Positions 18,101 through 27,509 of a stretch of DNA of 64,000 bases are shown piece after piece; position 1 is the stretch's first letter, and each line of letters opens with the position of its first letter. Origin of the DNA: a virus; IMG/VR virus record IMGVR_UViG_3300013117_000371; one strand, 5' to 3'. The position numbers and the translations under genes were made by a program. Under the pieces are notes generated by a model. That model saw nothing but the letters and a program-made list of their open reading frames with translations. It was not told the origin of the DNA and searched no databases.

Positions 18101-19352
18101 CTGGCTCAGCTCCGTACACGAGAGTGGCCTGGCCGACCCCCACGCCGTGGGACACGGACTCGCTCTCCATGCCCTCGGCGGAGACTATCAAGGCCGCTGA
18201 GTAGTACCCAGGCACGTCCGGAACGAAGATAGGGGACGCCTGTGTGGAGTCCACACCCCCGGATAAGTACGTCAACGCCAAGGCGTCGGGGGCGTCGTCG
18301 CCGGCGCCGCTGGGGGTCACCAGAGCAACCAGGGCGGCACTATAGTCGGCATTCAGGGAATCGGTCAAGATCCCCACCAACTCGCTGATCGTCGTGTACG
18401 TCCCGCCCCCGTCGTGGGCCAGTTGGATTTGAATGTCGCTGTCTGCGACGCTGACGACCAGGTCGGCAACCCCCACCGGCTTCGTGATGCCTACTCTGAT
18501 GAGGTTCCCGCCCAATCCGGAGTCCACCGCTGTGAAAACGAGGGCGCCGTGGGTCAACGACGCCCGCGCCGACCCGGAGAGTACCGATAAGGACCCCTGC
18601 GGCGGGGAGAACGTCCAGGCGTAGGTCAAGTCCGCATCTGTAGGGTTCAAACTGCCCGAGCCGTCCAGTCGCACCAGCTCCTTCACCCGGGCACTGGTAG
18701 CCCCGGAGATAACGGCGGTGGGGGGGATGCTGGTCTCTACGGCAACGCCCATCCGCAGAGAGGAGAACCCAGACAGCAGCGGCTCTTCCTTGGTCCCGTA
18801 CACGTCGAGGTACACGAAGTCCTCGGTATCCCCAATGCTGTAAGGGAACCAGGAAGCAACTTCTTCGAAGCCCCCACCAGTTTGGCGAATATAGACCTTG
18901 ACCAGCTCCGCCGAGAACACTATCCGCATAGTGAAGTTGGCGGCCATGATGGAGTCGGTAGCGGGGACCTTCTCGAAGGAGACCACCCCCTCGTTGCCCG
19001 CTGTGATCAACCCCAGCCCCTCCTGAGCCAAAAGCACCCCTCCGGACGGGCCAGAGACGTTGTAGAGCATGATGCCGACGTAGTTGGCTTTGGAGAGCAC
19101 GGCCGGCAGCGCTGCCGGCACCACCGCCATTTCCAGGGTGGCCTGGTTCCCTACGGTAATGGGAATGGTCAAGGCCGCCCGTGAACCGGCACTGGACATG
19201 AGCCAGCGACTGTTGGTATTATCATAGTAAATCTGGGTGGGGCCGACCACTATGATCGGGTCGGAGAAGCTGTCCACGAGGGAGTTCAAAGTGTCAGGGG
19301 GACCCAATGACCAATCAAAAAGATCAAAGTTCACCGAAGTCGGATACGCCAT
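15147..19352 (-). CDS. large baseplate/tail protein with PKD-like and C-terminal IPT/TIG-like domains (1401 aa)
   Basis: PTAVI...VRLDGSGS.....LTYAWT and PGYYSAALIV (PKD-like); PTISLRPTVAAGV...VTFNG...ATAQLPP (IPT-like); follows baseplate J. Confidence 0.65.
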   Translation of the reverse strand: MAYPTSVNFDLFDWSLGPPDTLNSLVDSFSDPIIVVGPTQIYYDNTNSRWLMSSAGSRAALTIPITVGNQATLEMAVVPAALPAVLSKANYVGIMLYNVSGPSGGVLLAQEGLGLITAGNEGVVSFEKVPATDSIMAANFTMRIVFSAELVKVYIRQTGGGFEEVASWFPYSIGDTEDFVYLDVYGTKEEPLLSGFSSLRMGVAVETSIPPTAVISGATSARVKELVRLDGSGSLNPTDADLTYAWTFSPPQGSLSVLSGSARASLTHGALVFTAVDSGLGGNLIRVGITKPVGVADLVVSVADSDIQIQLAHDGGGTYTTISELVGILTDSLNADYSAALVALVTPSGAGDDAPDALALTYLSGGVDSTQASPIFVPDVPGYYSAALIVSAEGMESESVSHGVGVGQATLVYGAEPDVSPIRKQVAQPFFNMMTNSDIVEASWRALAHLTSNELLQAVQHRMNIHMDRAPTYLRHKWMQFKMYEELDTPIEAEWVVPMGVIVGDLTPLDDNDGDVTTPRATCAVPANYAGVKIGVMSPNFIATIAKVDEGTITCDDALVAKTLIDEGLYGYTEKGESSTAFLTKYAQFSAQIEAGDYLYALGLYKEVDTPSTNSLVLGDALAAPYAAPWKVLRDVTAPLEWHALSYVNLGTSLSDFAIGDILELDLTYTDPVTSAVSRGTALSRIFAKEGGWFYFSIYDALTSLVVGTETATAVDGPAITFANKNLNTLYQVTEDWVVRNVTRNSDFARVQYTDDSGPLYVDDIAVLKDDLGVVSEVGDLFAFYPPVTWYFNGATVKCVGAYRTSQVPLPERVFEVPVLRRSLLFTELCYVLNEDYTISGTSIVFQTPFSLTNLPTKNLWAEHALLYNYEAARLYGPFVGLPNLDEHPSQLSLVPIVKALISGAVTGPVKDVLERSLGVIAGSPFAVETSVIMEKSGDFLSLLDIWGRTHAVETSTPDDFAVGDVYERHHLLQTTTELCDYLDGDDAIFLMTYSGLVGNLDKYHAFMATLKAIEVGSQDMAAAILRRMKPAWQDAVLVSQLEVSDDVLPTEWPEFRTQQLVADVPTSFEDPDHPVILGTAFMFDDPSHWLVGEQVDAGVVGAGAATAATLSVDVEAAGVHKGWVMVDITLGDYAWITAVDGTGVTFAYGMHGGGTPADEDEVYFIPGYGSIFDFPFDQLMTHTATGGGPDRLVWDAAELLRLHVGVGWRVHNLTKDSWGLVASLVGDILVFTANMEPVPPAAFAPNAAGDEFQLYPPSGMPGHHADDIKYLGPMVHADYRVSEEVPGGFLVVAAAQAHAQFVNPASVIPPNYPVHPYSLEDPRPTISLRPTVAAGVCTLWGYFYLAGLVVTFNGTPSPLVVVVSLSEATAQLPPGLTGEVDVRVEDGAGNGFTWPAAFSV

Positions 19353-19570
19353 TGGTCACCATGCCAACATCAATAAAAGAGGAGCTCCTCGAGGGCGTCC
19401 CCAACTTGCTCACTGACGCCCCCCATATCCACACCCGCTGCTCAAAATGCGGGCGTACGGACTCCACCTACCGGTTCTCCGCCGGGGAGGTAGGTGAGCT
19501 CCTTGAAGTTGAGGTATGCCTCCACTGCGGAAACGAGAAGGGGGCTGCCCCTATGATCCCGCAAAGATAA
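19307..19570 (+). CDS. small zinc-ribbon protein antisense to the tail operon
   Basis: CSKC...CLHC; fills the only ~200-bp gap in the - strand operon; start 19307 or 19361. Confidence 0.5.
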   Translation: MTNQKDQSSPKSDTPLVTMPTSIKEELLEGVPNLLTDAPHIHTRCSKCGRTDSTYRFSAGEVGELLEVEVCLHCGNEKGAAPMIPQR

Positions 19571-22500
19571 TCATCGAGGAGGGCACCTCTACCCGCCAAG
19601 TACGGTCCACCGTCAGCTCATCGCCAAACCGCAAGTGGCGGTTCCTCTCAAGGTCCTCATAGTACCAGAAAATCATCGTATCGGCATCGTAGTCGATACC
19701 CAACGGCGTGAGCACCCCCAGGATGTCTGAGAGCCGCACCGGCCGCCCGCTAGTTACCAGTTCAATAACCCGCTCCCTGATCCTCGCCTGCGCCGACGGG
19801 ATCACGGCGTCGGTGTCCCCCGTGTAGATGACCGGGCCCACCCCTACTTGCAGCAGCGGCTTTTGCTTCCCCATCATGTTGTCGGCCGTGGCTCGCACGG
19901 AGGAGGAGGACAGGACCGCCTGTACGCTCTCAACGACCGGCGCCTCATAATAGTGGATGTCGAAGGCGTAGCGAGCCACAATGATGTCGTTCCCGTTCTC
20001 GTCTACCACGTAGGGGGACAGGTACATGTGTGGGTCCTCGTTGGCCCCAAACGAGTACTCCTTGTCGGTGGAGAGGCTGAAACCCGCCATGTAGTAGAAG
20101 TCCTGAATGCCGAGGTATGTGTTCCCCGCCAGAAAGGAGGAGGGGGCGTCCTGCATGGATTGCACCTCCACGTCCATGTAGTAGAACCCGTACTCCGTGT
20201 TGAGGGCCATCTCTGCCGGCGTCAGTGACACCACCCCGGTCCGTATGAAGACGCCGACCATCGCTTGGTCACCGGTGGCCCCACTGGAGAATACTGTGTC
20301 CACCGTGAACGAGGTCTCGTCTATGCTGATGATGGTGTGGTTCCCTTTGAGTTCCTCATTGAGGGTGTCGTTGGTCATGTTGGCCAACAGCCCCAAGTCG
20401 GTGACGGCGGTGCCCCCGGTTACGGTCACCTTCTGCGTGGAGACCAGGTACATACGGAACAGGTCCCCTTGGGCCCGCACGATGACGTCGATGCCGAACC
20501 CGTCCTCAATTTGCCCGGAGATGCCGTCGGCGTCATCCAACGTGAGTGGGTCAGTGCCTACGAAGTAGATAGTCTTGGCGTTCCCGCCCACTGCCAACGT
20601 CAGCGACTTCCCGGCTACGTCACAAGTCGAAGCGAGGGAGGAGCTGATGATAGCTGAGTACTTCAGCAGCACTATGTCCCCCGGCTTCAGGCGCAGCTCC
20701 CCAAAGTCAAGGGTAGCGGAGTTGGTACTGATGGTGCTGGTCGCCCCCCCACTGACGTCGATGACGAGCTCCGTATGCGCGTCCTCCAGGGTGTACAGCT
20801 CCTTGTGATCCATGTGGGGGCTGTAGGTGTAGGCCCCCAAGTAGAAGATTGTTGTCAGGGCGGGTGTGAACCACCCGACCATGGCCTCCAGCGGGTGCTC
20901 AAAGTAGAGTCGGACGGTGGCCACTTGCGCAGCGTGGATCTCGAAGGGGACGTCGTCCTCGTCCACTGTGGCGTACCCGTAGGGGGAGTACAGGATGTAC
21001 GACTGCTCGTCGTCTACGCTGTACTCCGCCAGGAGGATGCGGGCGGAGTAGTTGTTGCCGGCCCCGTGGAGGATGAGTACGTCCCCCTCCTTGACCCCCA
21101 TTTCCTCGACGTCTCCCGACCAGGCGAATAACCCCAAGCTATTACTGAACGCCCCGGCCGGCGGAGGCACCAGGTGAGCAACGCTGCCCAGGTAGTCCCC
21201 CAATGACCCCTCCTCTTCATCCGGCGGGATGATGACATTGGGGCCGTCGGTGACACTGTCGCCCATTACTCGGCAGGCTAGGGGGTCCCGGTAGTACAGG
21301 TTGATAGCGGTAGTCCCGGTGGCCGCCCGTAACTCGACGTGGTCGATACGGGAGATAGGAGCGTTCACCCCCGCGTCAGTGGAATAAATCTCGTACTCTA
21401 CGTCCGTGTCGAACCCGCTCACAGTAGTGGTCAATAGGACGATGAGCCCTCCGCTGTGGAGGGACTGAATTTCGTAGGCCCCCTTCCCTATGTCCGACAA
21501 GATTTCGAGGGTGTCCCCCGGTACCGTAGACGCGGGGGCAGCCGTCCCCAGGATGACGTACTTGGAGAACCCCACGGTCCCGTCCGTCCCCGCCTTCTTC
21601 AAGTTCTTGACGGAGAGCAAGTCCACTTCGTGGTTGACGTACAAGGTGACCGGCTGGTTGGTGCCGGAGTCCCCCATGTCCTCACTCAGGCGGGCCCCGG
21701 TTTCGGACAGCGCCAGCACCCGGTACACCTGGCGGGGGTCACGATCGTCGATCTCCAACGTAATGATGCTGGGGATCATCGCTGAGTAGTCTTCAGTGGG
21801 GTCCGGGTAGCCCGCTGCCAGGTCCGAATTGAAAACGACGGATGCCAACGTCATCGTGTCGTTCCCTGAGGTCCACGTGGCCAACGCTGTGGCGTAGGGA
21901 ACCAAGTCGTACACTCCGTCGAAGGCGCCCACCGAGGCTTCCTCTGTCGTGTGCATGTAGACATCTGTGCAGCCGCCCAAATGGAGGGTGCCGCTCTCCG
22001 TGGACTGTGCAGTCCCATCCGGGAGCATGGCAGTGATGAGGAAGTCGTTGGCGGTGGCCACTCGTCGAGCTTGCCAGTACCCTGTGGTGCCCCCTGCCAA
22101 GCTCAGCAAATTGGAGGGGTCGACCAGAATAACCCAATCCAAGTTGTCCTGAGGGGTGAGGTCGTCATCGTACTCCCCGTCGGCTCGACGGTAGACTACC
22201 CAGTCGGTGAACAGGAGGGCGTTCCCCGGGCCGTAGATGGTGTAGTCATTCCCGGCGGCAAACAGCCCGCTCCACTCGGCGCTTTCCAGAATAAGAGCGG
22301 ACACCGTGAAGGTATCCACTGTGGCGAATCGGTCAACGTCAGCGTCGAAATAAAGGTCCCCTTGCTGCACCCCATTCGCTACGAAGTTCCCATCGGCGTC
22401 TGTGATTGCGTAAGATGCGGGGGTAACCGTGTCCGCTACTCCTGAACAACGCACTGTCGGAGAAGCCGGTGCCGACGCTGGGTCGACCTTAGTCAAGTAG

Positions 22501-24035
22501 AGGCGGCCGGAGGATACGTAGGATACATTGAACTCCACGGGAAGCCCCGCCACCATCCCCACCAGGCGGTCCCCTACCTGTACGGGTTTTGTGGCAGTGA
22601 AGTCGATTTGGTTCGCTCCAATGGCGGCAGTAAACTCAATGGCCCCGCCCCTATGCAGAGCTAAGTAATTAGTCTCCGACGGGTCCGCATTGGTAGGGCT
22701 CATCTTGATGATTTCGATGGGGCCCTTTATCACCGCCATGTAATTCCCGCCAATGATGGGGACGTCGAGGATAGTATGCTCGTCGTAGGTCACCCCATTG
22801 TAGATAAGAAGGAGATCCCCCGCTTCAACCAGGGACATATTCTCCCCAGCTTCCATCAGCCCCACGTAGTGGGGGATGACGCAGCCGTTAGGGGCCGTGT
22901 ACTCCACCGAGGTGGAGCCTGCTTCCCCCCAGGGACAGTCGGCGGGGGTGTAGCTATCGAAGTCCGCCGACCCGGCGCCCAACGTAGTTATGGTGTACTC
23001 GAACCCGTTGATGACTATCTTGGTAGGAGCGTAGCCTTCACTGATGTTGGGCGGCATAACGGCGGAGAAGTCCCCCGTGATCTGGTAGGCGTAGGGGATG
23101 GTCGCCAGGGTCCCGCTGCCGGGGGCCCACGCCACCAATGTCCCCGTCCCGTTGCCTACTGGCAAGGTCGCCAAAGTCGTAGCCGTGTACGTCAGGATGT
23201 CCCGGTACATGAGGATGTCGCCGTTGCCCACCACGAAAATCTCGGAGATGGCCGGGAACAACTCCATAACTCGGGAGATGATGCCGGAAGAGGTAATAGG
23301 GGCATGCTCTGACACCCAATCCGTGAGGCGGTCCACGTACTCGTCAATGGTCTCCCGGTTGGTGCCGGGCGTCGCCGAGGAGGGGTTCGACGCCCACACG
23401 GCGCCTACCACGCCGCTGACTCCGATGATCTGAGTCGGGCCGATATTGTAGGCCTCCCCCTCTTCCACGGCTTCGAACGTGGCTTCGACGTAGTAGTAGT
23501 TCCTATCCCGGTTCTGCGCCACCTGCTCGGGGGTGAACTTGTAGAACTCAATGGGCATATAGCTGAGCCCCCCCGCAGTGTAGGCGGAGGCGCCGAAGTT
23601 CACCTCGATGACCCGGGGGGCGCGGGCATACAGACGGACAGTAACCCGAGCTTTTGAGCCCTGCTGCCGCATGACTTGGAAGACGCTGGCCAGCCCCTCT
23701 ATCTCCTCCTCCGTGAGGTAGTCCTTGTAGTAGAGGCTCTGCGCCATTTTCAACCGGAGGATCTCCCGGCGCAGGGGGTCGATGATCACCTTGAAAGGGG
23801 TGACCACGATGTCGGAGTAGGCGCTGAGCTCCGTGAAGTCCATCTCCGGGAACTCCGACTGGAGCAAGTCCACTACAAAGTCCTTGACGTCGGGAGTGTA
23901 TGGATCGTCCCCGAACCGTTCCACCAGGGGGGCGATGACCTTGGTGTAAACGGCCGACCCCTCGGCGGTGGGGATGGACTCGTCGTACTCTGTGTAGAGC
24001 TCCTGTACGAATTGTATGAGTTTGTCCCTCTCCAT
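19551..24035 (-). CDS. baseplate J/gp6-like wedge protein with large insertion (1494 aa)
   Basis: N-terminal A.V.VRLY, VEATFEAVEEGEAYNI, PG.NRET..EY..RL and V.GNGD.LM.RD baseplate-J-like motifs. Confidence 0.75.
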   Translation of the reverse strand: MERDKLIQFVQELYTEYDESIPTAEGSAVYTKVIAPLVERFGDDPYTPDVKDFVVDLLQSEFPEMDFTELSAYSDIVVTPFKVIIDPLRREILRLKMAQSLYYKDYLTEEEIEGLASVFQVMRQQGSKARVTVRLYARAPRVIEVNFGASAYTAGGLSYMPIEFYKFTPEQVAQNRDRNYYYVEATFEAVEEGEAYNIGPTQIIGVSGVVGAVWASNPSSATPGTNRETIDEYVDRLTDWVSEHAPITSSGIISRVMELFPAISEIFVVGNGDILMYRDILTYTATTLATLPVGNGTGTLVAWAPGSGTLATIPYAYQITGDFSAVMPPNISEGYAPTKIVINGFEYTITTLGAGSADFDSYTPADCPWGEAGSTSVEYTAPNGCVIPHYVGLMEAGENMSLVEAGDLLLIYNGVTYDEHTILDVPIIGGNYMAVIKGPIEIIKMSPTNADPSETNYLALHRGGAIEFTAAIGANQIDFTATKPVQVGDRLVGMVAGLPVEFNVSYVSSGRLYLTKVDPASAPASPTVRCSGVADTVTPASYAITDADGNFVANGVQQGDLYFDADVDRFATVDTFTVSALILESAEWSGLFAAGNDYTIYGPGNALLFTDWVVYRRADGEYDDDLTPQDNLDWVILVDPSNLLSLAGGTTGYWQARRVATANDFLITAMLPDGTAQSTESGTLHLGGCTDVYMHTTEEASVGAFDGVYDLVPYATALATWTSGNDTMTLASVVFNSDLAAGYPDPTEDYSAMIPSIITLEIDDRDPRQVYRVLALSETGARLSEDMGDSGTNQPVTLYVNHEVDLLSVKNLKKAGTDGTVGFSKYVILGTAAPASTVPGDTLEILSDIGKGAYEIQSLHSGGLIVLLTTTVSGFDTDVEYEIYSTDAGVNAPISRIDHVELRAATGTTAINLYYRDPLACRVMGDSVTDGPNVIIPPDEEEGSLGDYLGSVAHLVPPPAGAFSNSLGLFAWSGDVEEMGVKEGDVLILHGAGNNYSARILLAEYSVDDEQSYILYSPYGYATVDEDDVPFEIHAAQVATVRLYFEHPLEAMVGWFTPALTTIFYLGAYTYSPHMDHKELYTLEDAHTELVIDVSGGATSTISTNSATLDFGELRLKPGDIVLLKYSAIISSSLASTCDVAGKSLTLAVGGNAKTIYFVGTDPLTLDDADGISGQIEDGFGIDVIVRAQGDLFRMYLVSTQKVTVTGGTAVTDLGLLANMTNDTLNEELKGNHTIISIDETSFTVDTVFSSGATGDQAMVGVFIRTGVVSLTPAEMALNTEYGFYYMDVEVQSMQDAPSSFLAGNTYLGIQDFYYMAGFSLSTDKEYSFGANEDPHMYLSPYVVDENGNDIIVARYAFDIHYYEAPVVESVQAVLSSSSVRATADNMMGKQKPLLQVGVGPVIYTGDTDAVIPSAQARIRERVIELVTSGRPVRLSDILGVLTPLGIDYDADTMIFWYYEDLERNRHLRFGDELTVDRTWRVEVPSSMIIFAGS

Positions 24036-24038
24036 CCC

Positions 24039-24668
24039 TTATACCTCCGTCGAAAGGTGCACCAGCAAGCTCCCGGCTCGAGTAATAGCCCGCATGTACA
24101 CGGCGACGGACAACGTCCCCGGCAAAGTGAGAAGTGTCAACACCTCCAAGGACTCGAGGGTTTCATTGTTCATGAGGTTTTCCTGGCCCCGCTGAGTGGT
24201 CAAGATGGTTTCTTCCATCCTTTTTACCCGCTCCGTAATGAGGTAAGGGAGGCCCTCCAGCCCCACTTCGTTCATGTCCGTCTGCGTTACCAGTATCCCC
24301 ACCCCGCTATGGTCCATAATGGAGCCAACTTCCGTCAACCACAAGCGGCAGATCAGCTGCAACAGTCGGTCCGGCCCAGCGAGGAACTGGCTGGGCTCCA
24401 GGGTAACCTGCACCCCTGCCGAATGTAAGGAGTAAGGCTCTACGTACACGGAGATGCGTCCGAAGTCGGGGACTGGGGGGAGGGCCCGAATCTTATTGGG
24501 ACCCATCAGTACCCAAGTGGTGACGGAAATACCATCCAGGTAGATGGCAGTGACGTCCTTGATCTCATCCCGAACGTATATGTCCAATGAAGGCGGGGTC
24601 ATGCTGACCCACTGCAACTTCAAAATGGTGGCTTTCGCTACTGGCCGAGTGGCTCGCAGGTCATGCAC
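24039..24668 (-). CDS. baseplate wedge gp25/W-like protein
   Basis: G.DRLLQ.....WLTE.GS....GVG motif; immediately upstream of baseplate J. Confidence 0.6.
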   Translation of the reverse strand: MHDLRATRPVAKATILKLQWVSMTPPSLDIYVRDEIKDVTAIYLDGISVTTWVLMGPNKIRALPPVPDFGRISVYVEPYSLHSAGVQVTLEPSQFLAGPDRLLQLICRLWLTEVGSIMDHSGVGILVTQTDMNEVGLEGLPYLITERVKRMEETILTTQRGQENLMNNETLESLEVLTLLTLPGTLSVAVYMRAITRAGSLLVHLSTEV

Positions 24669-24855
24669 CGAGCACCTCGTCGCACACCTGAATGATCATC
24701 ACCAGCTCCTCCTCCGCCCGCAGGAGGTCCTGATACCTCCGCAGGGCGGCTTGGAAGGGAGACTGCCGCACAGTAGCCGCCCGACTGCGCAAAGAAGGAG
24801 CTAAGCTCAAGATGAGCTGAACTTTCCCCGCAAGGTCGTCCGCAACTGCCGTCAT
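24661..24855 (-). CDS. small helical hypothetical protein
   Basis: 64 aa, overlap-coupled on both sides. Confidence 0.6.
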   Translation of the reverse strand: MTAVADDLAGKVQLILSLAPSLRSRAATVRQSPFQAALRRYQDLLRAEEELVMIIQVCDEVLGA

Positions 24856-27509
24856 TTCACGTACTCCGTCTCATCTTCCAAGGAATACTCTACACCATCT
24901 GCGTTAGGATTCAACCTTTGCGTGGTCGCATCGTCCGGATCGTCCCCTTCATATCCGAAAAGCTGCTCAAAAGAGCCCCCCGGCATGGGGGATGCCGCAA
25001 CTATCTCCGCATCCCCCTCATTGGCAATGAAGAACCGGTCGAACCACGCCCGGTCCAGGGCGCCTCCCAGCACCTTTTTGCTCTGGTCCTCCAGGTACTC
25101 TCTAACTCCGGTAGCGGCCCCCACGGGGGCGTAGAGGAAGTCGTTGTCTACGAATTGGTCGAGCAAAGCTATGTAGGCCATAAGGGCCGCAGCCAAAGCA
25201 GCCTGCGCCATTGCTGGGGAGGGCGTCGTCGCGCCAAAAGGGGCAGAGGTGCGGTAGGCGTCCAGGTCCTGAAGGTAGGGGATGCCTTGCGCAGCGAAGC
25301 CGCCGTAAGCCTGGTACGTTCCCGGCGTTGCCAACAGGTCGAACATGGCAAGGGGAACGTCGTCAGCCATCTCCATGAAGGTGTCAGTGAGGGCCGCCAC
25401 GTAGGTCAACACAGGCCAAGTCGCCCCCAACGTGAACAGGTACTGCACATCCTCGTATTTGGGCGGGGTACTGCCAGTTGGGTCCCACCCACTGGGGAAC
25501 TCAGCCGTAGCGGGAATGGTGAACGCTTCGTAGTAAGGCTGGGGGTACACTGAGGGTGTGAACGCTTCCTCCCCAGGTAACGGGAGAGGAACGTTCAGCA
25601 GCCAGTCCCCCTTCCTCACGGAGGACTTCCCCAGCACTGTCGTAACCAGGGAGAACCGGCGGGTGGTGGCGTAGGCATACCCCCCGTCGAACCCGTAAAC
25701 ATCCGCCCCGGAACCCCCCCACTCCATGTACAGGACATTGGGGAGATCGTCGGTGATCAGGCGAACCTTAACCCGGTCTCGGCGGGCCTTGACTTCAAAG
25801 GTTCCCGGGCCGCCCCCGACGGTGGGGTCACGGAGCAAAGTGACGCTGGTGTCCCCTACTGAAAGTATCGGGTAAGCCCGCCATTGCTTCTCTCCGAGCT
25901 CCCTCAGGAGAACTACCCAGTCCAGGGCGATGCTGGTGAAAGCATAGGGGACTATGGCGCTGTTCAGGGTGAGCGTCTGCATAGCAGACTCGGTCGACTG
26001 GTCCGAACGGATGAAATCCAGAATGGGGGTGTCCTCCAAGTAAATGGACTCTCCCCAAGCTACTTCAGGCAAGTCAAAGGGATTAGAGGACACGCGCAGG
26101 AAGGCCCAATCTCCATAGTCGTCGACATAGGCATGGAGGTTGCTCCCGAGCACCTCCCCATGGAAGGGCGCCCCCAACGCCTCAATGGCCGCCGCTAGCT
26201 GCGTCGGGGTGTACGTCCCCGGGACCAACGACAGGTCTGCGCTTGACGTATACGTAGTAAACGTGGTGACCTGGTTATCATCCGTCCCGTACTGAATGGC
26301 CTCCTCCGGGTCGATATTCAAGTAGTCGTAACTACGGGGGTACCCATTGACCGTCCCATACCAGGACAGGTAGTCTTCGGAGGATTCTCCCAACGTAGTC
26401 ACCGTCACTACCGTCCCCGCTGAGGTCACCACTACTCCGTCGTCGCCGGCGGCCGGCAGAAAGCCCTGCAACGCCGCCACGATGTTTGCCACCGTCACTG
26501 CTGCCCCCAAAGGAGTGGTGCCGGAGTAGGTGCTCCCATTGATGATCATGGAGAAGTCGGAACCGAAGTGGATTGTCCCCAGGATGGCCCCAACGAACGT
26601 CATGGTTGGGCAGTAGATGAACGCCTCCCCCACTGATTCGACCAGGTGCCATTGGTCGCCCGGGGGGAGGGCGGGGACATTGAGCCAATCCCCCGCCGAG
26701 ATACTTGCGGCATCAGCTACTTGCACGAAGCCGCCAGCTACAGCGTTCATCGCCACCGGGCCGTACCGAATGGTGTTGACGGGGTCTGCAAGCACGTCGA
26801 ACGAAAGGATTGCCGCCCCCGCTTCGGTGATGGTGACATCGCTACTGGTCCCGAACATAGCCGGGGGGGATGCTGTCGGCATTGCCCAAGTCGTCAGTGT
26901 CCCCCAGTTCACCGCTACCGAGAACTGGTCCCCCGGCGCCGACGGGAAGGGGCCGGTACGCCCGACGATCTCCCCTTTGGTGATGGGCCCAAGGGGAACC
27001 AGCGCCCCGGTGTACTTGGGTTGCAAATACGAGTCGTTCCAGGACAGCCCCAGCAGGTTCCTGTAAACGTTGAAGTGCTCCTCGAGCCCCTCCTCTTTGC
27101 AGTACTCAAGCAGGGGAGCCAGAGTGATAGCGTCCGCCCCATTCAGGATGCCCGAAGTTTGAAAGATAGTGCCCCAATTGCTCAACTTCTGATGGTTGCG
27201 GTTGAACTCGTCCCAAACGATGGCCTTGTACCTTGTGCTCTCCTCCAAGGTAGCGGCGGCCTGGTTCAGGGCGCTCTCCAGGTCTTCGGCGGTCACTTCC
27301 GCTGTGTAATGAACGTAAGTGGGGGAGTTCAGAACGTCCAGGAGCGACTCGGCTGCAATCTTCTGGTCGGCGGCTACCCGGCAAGCCCAGGAGAAGGATT
27401 GCGCTTGAACATGGAGGATACTGTCAGGGTCAAGGAGAAAATTGACCAGCAATGAGCACCTGGCGGCCGCCACCGGGCCGAACTTGTCTAATTGTTCCGG
27501 GCGGATCAC
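24852..27509 (-). CDS. virion tail/baseplate-associated protein (885 aa)
   Basis: Helical termini with a central beta-rich region; inside the tail operon. Confidence 0.6.
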   Translation of the reverse strand: MIRPEQLDKFGPVAAARCSLLVNFLLDPDSILHVQAQSFSWACRVAADQKIAAESLLDVLNSPTYVHYTAEVTAEDLESALNQAAATLEESTRYKAIVWDEFNRNHQKLSNWGTIFQTSGILNGADAITLAPLLEYCKEEGLEEHFNVYRNLLGLSWNDSYLQPKYTGALVPLGPITKGEIVGRTGPFPSAPGDQFSVAVNWGTLTTWAMPTASPPAMFGTSSDVTITEAGAAILSFDVLADPVNTIRYGPVAMNAVAGGFVQVADAASISAGDWLNVPALPPGDQWHLVESVGEAFIYCPTMTFVGAILGTIHFGSDFSMIINGSTYSGTTPLGAAVTVANIVAALQGFLPAAGDDGVVVTSAGTVVTVTTLGESSEDYLSWYGTVNGYPRSYDYLNIDPEEAIQYGTDDNQVTTFTTYTSSADLSLVPGTYTPTQLAAAIEALGAPFHGEVLGSNLHAYVDDYGDWAFLRVSSNPFDLPEVAWGESIYLEDTPILDFIRSDQSTESAMQTLTLNSAIVPYAFTSIALDWVVLLRELGEKQWRAYPILSVGDTSVTLLRDPTVGGGPGTFEVKARRDRVKVRLITDDLPNVLYMEWGGSGADVYGFDGGYAYATTRRFSLVTTVLGKSSVRKGDWLLNVPLPLPGEEAFTPSVYPQPYYEAFTIPATAEFPSGWDPTGSTPPKYEDVQYLFTLGATWPVLTYVAALTDTFMEMADDVPLAMFDLLATPGTYQAYGGFAAQGIPYLQDLDAYRTSAPFGATTPSPAMAQAALAAALMAYIALLDQFVDNDFLYAPVGAATGVREYLEDQSKKVLGGALDRAWFDRFFIANEGDAEIVAASPMPGGSFEQLFGYEGDDPDDATTQRLNPNADGVEYSLEDETEYVK

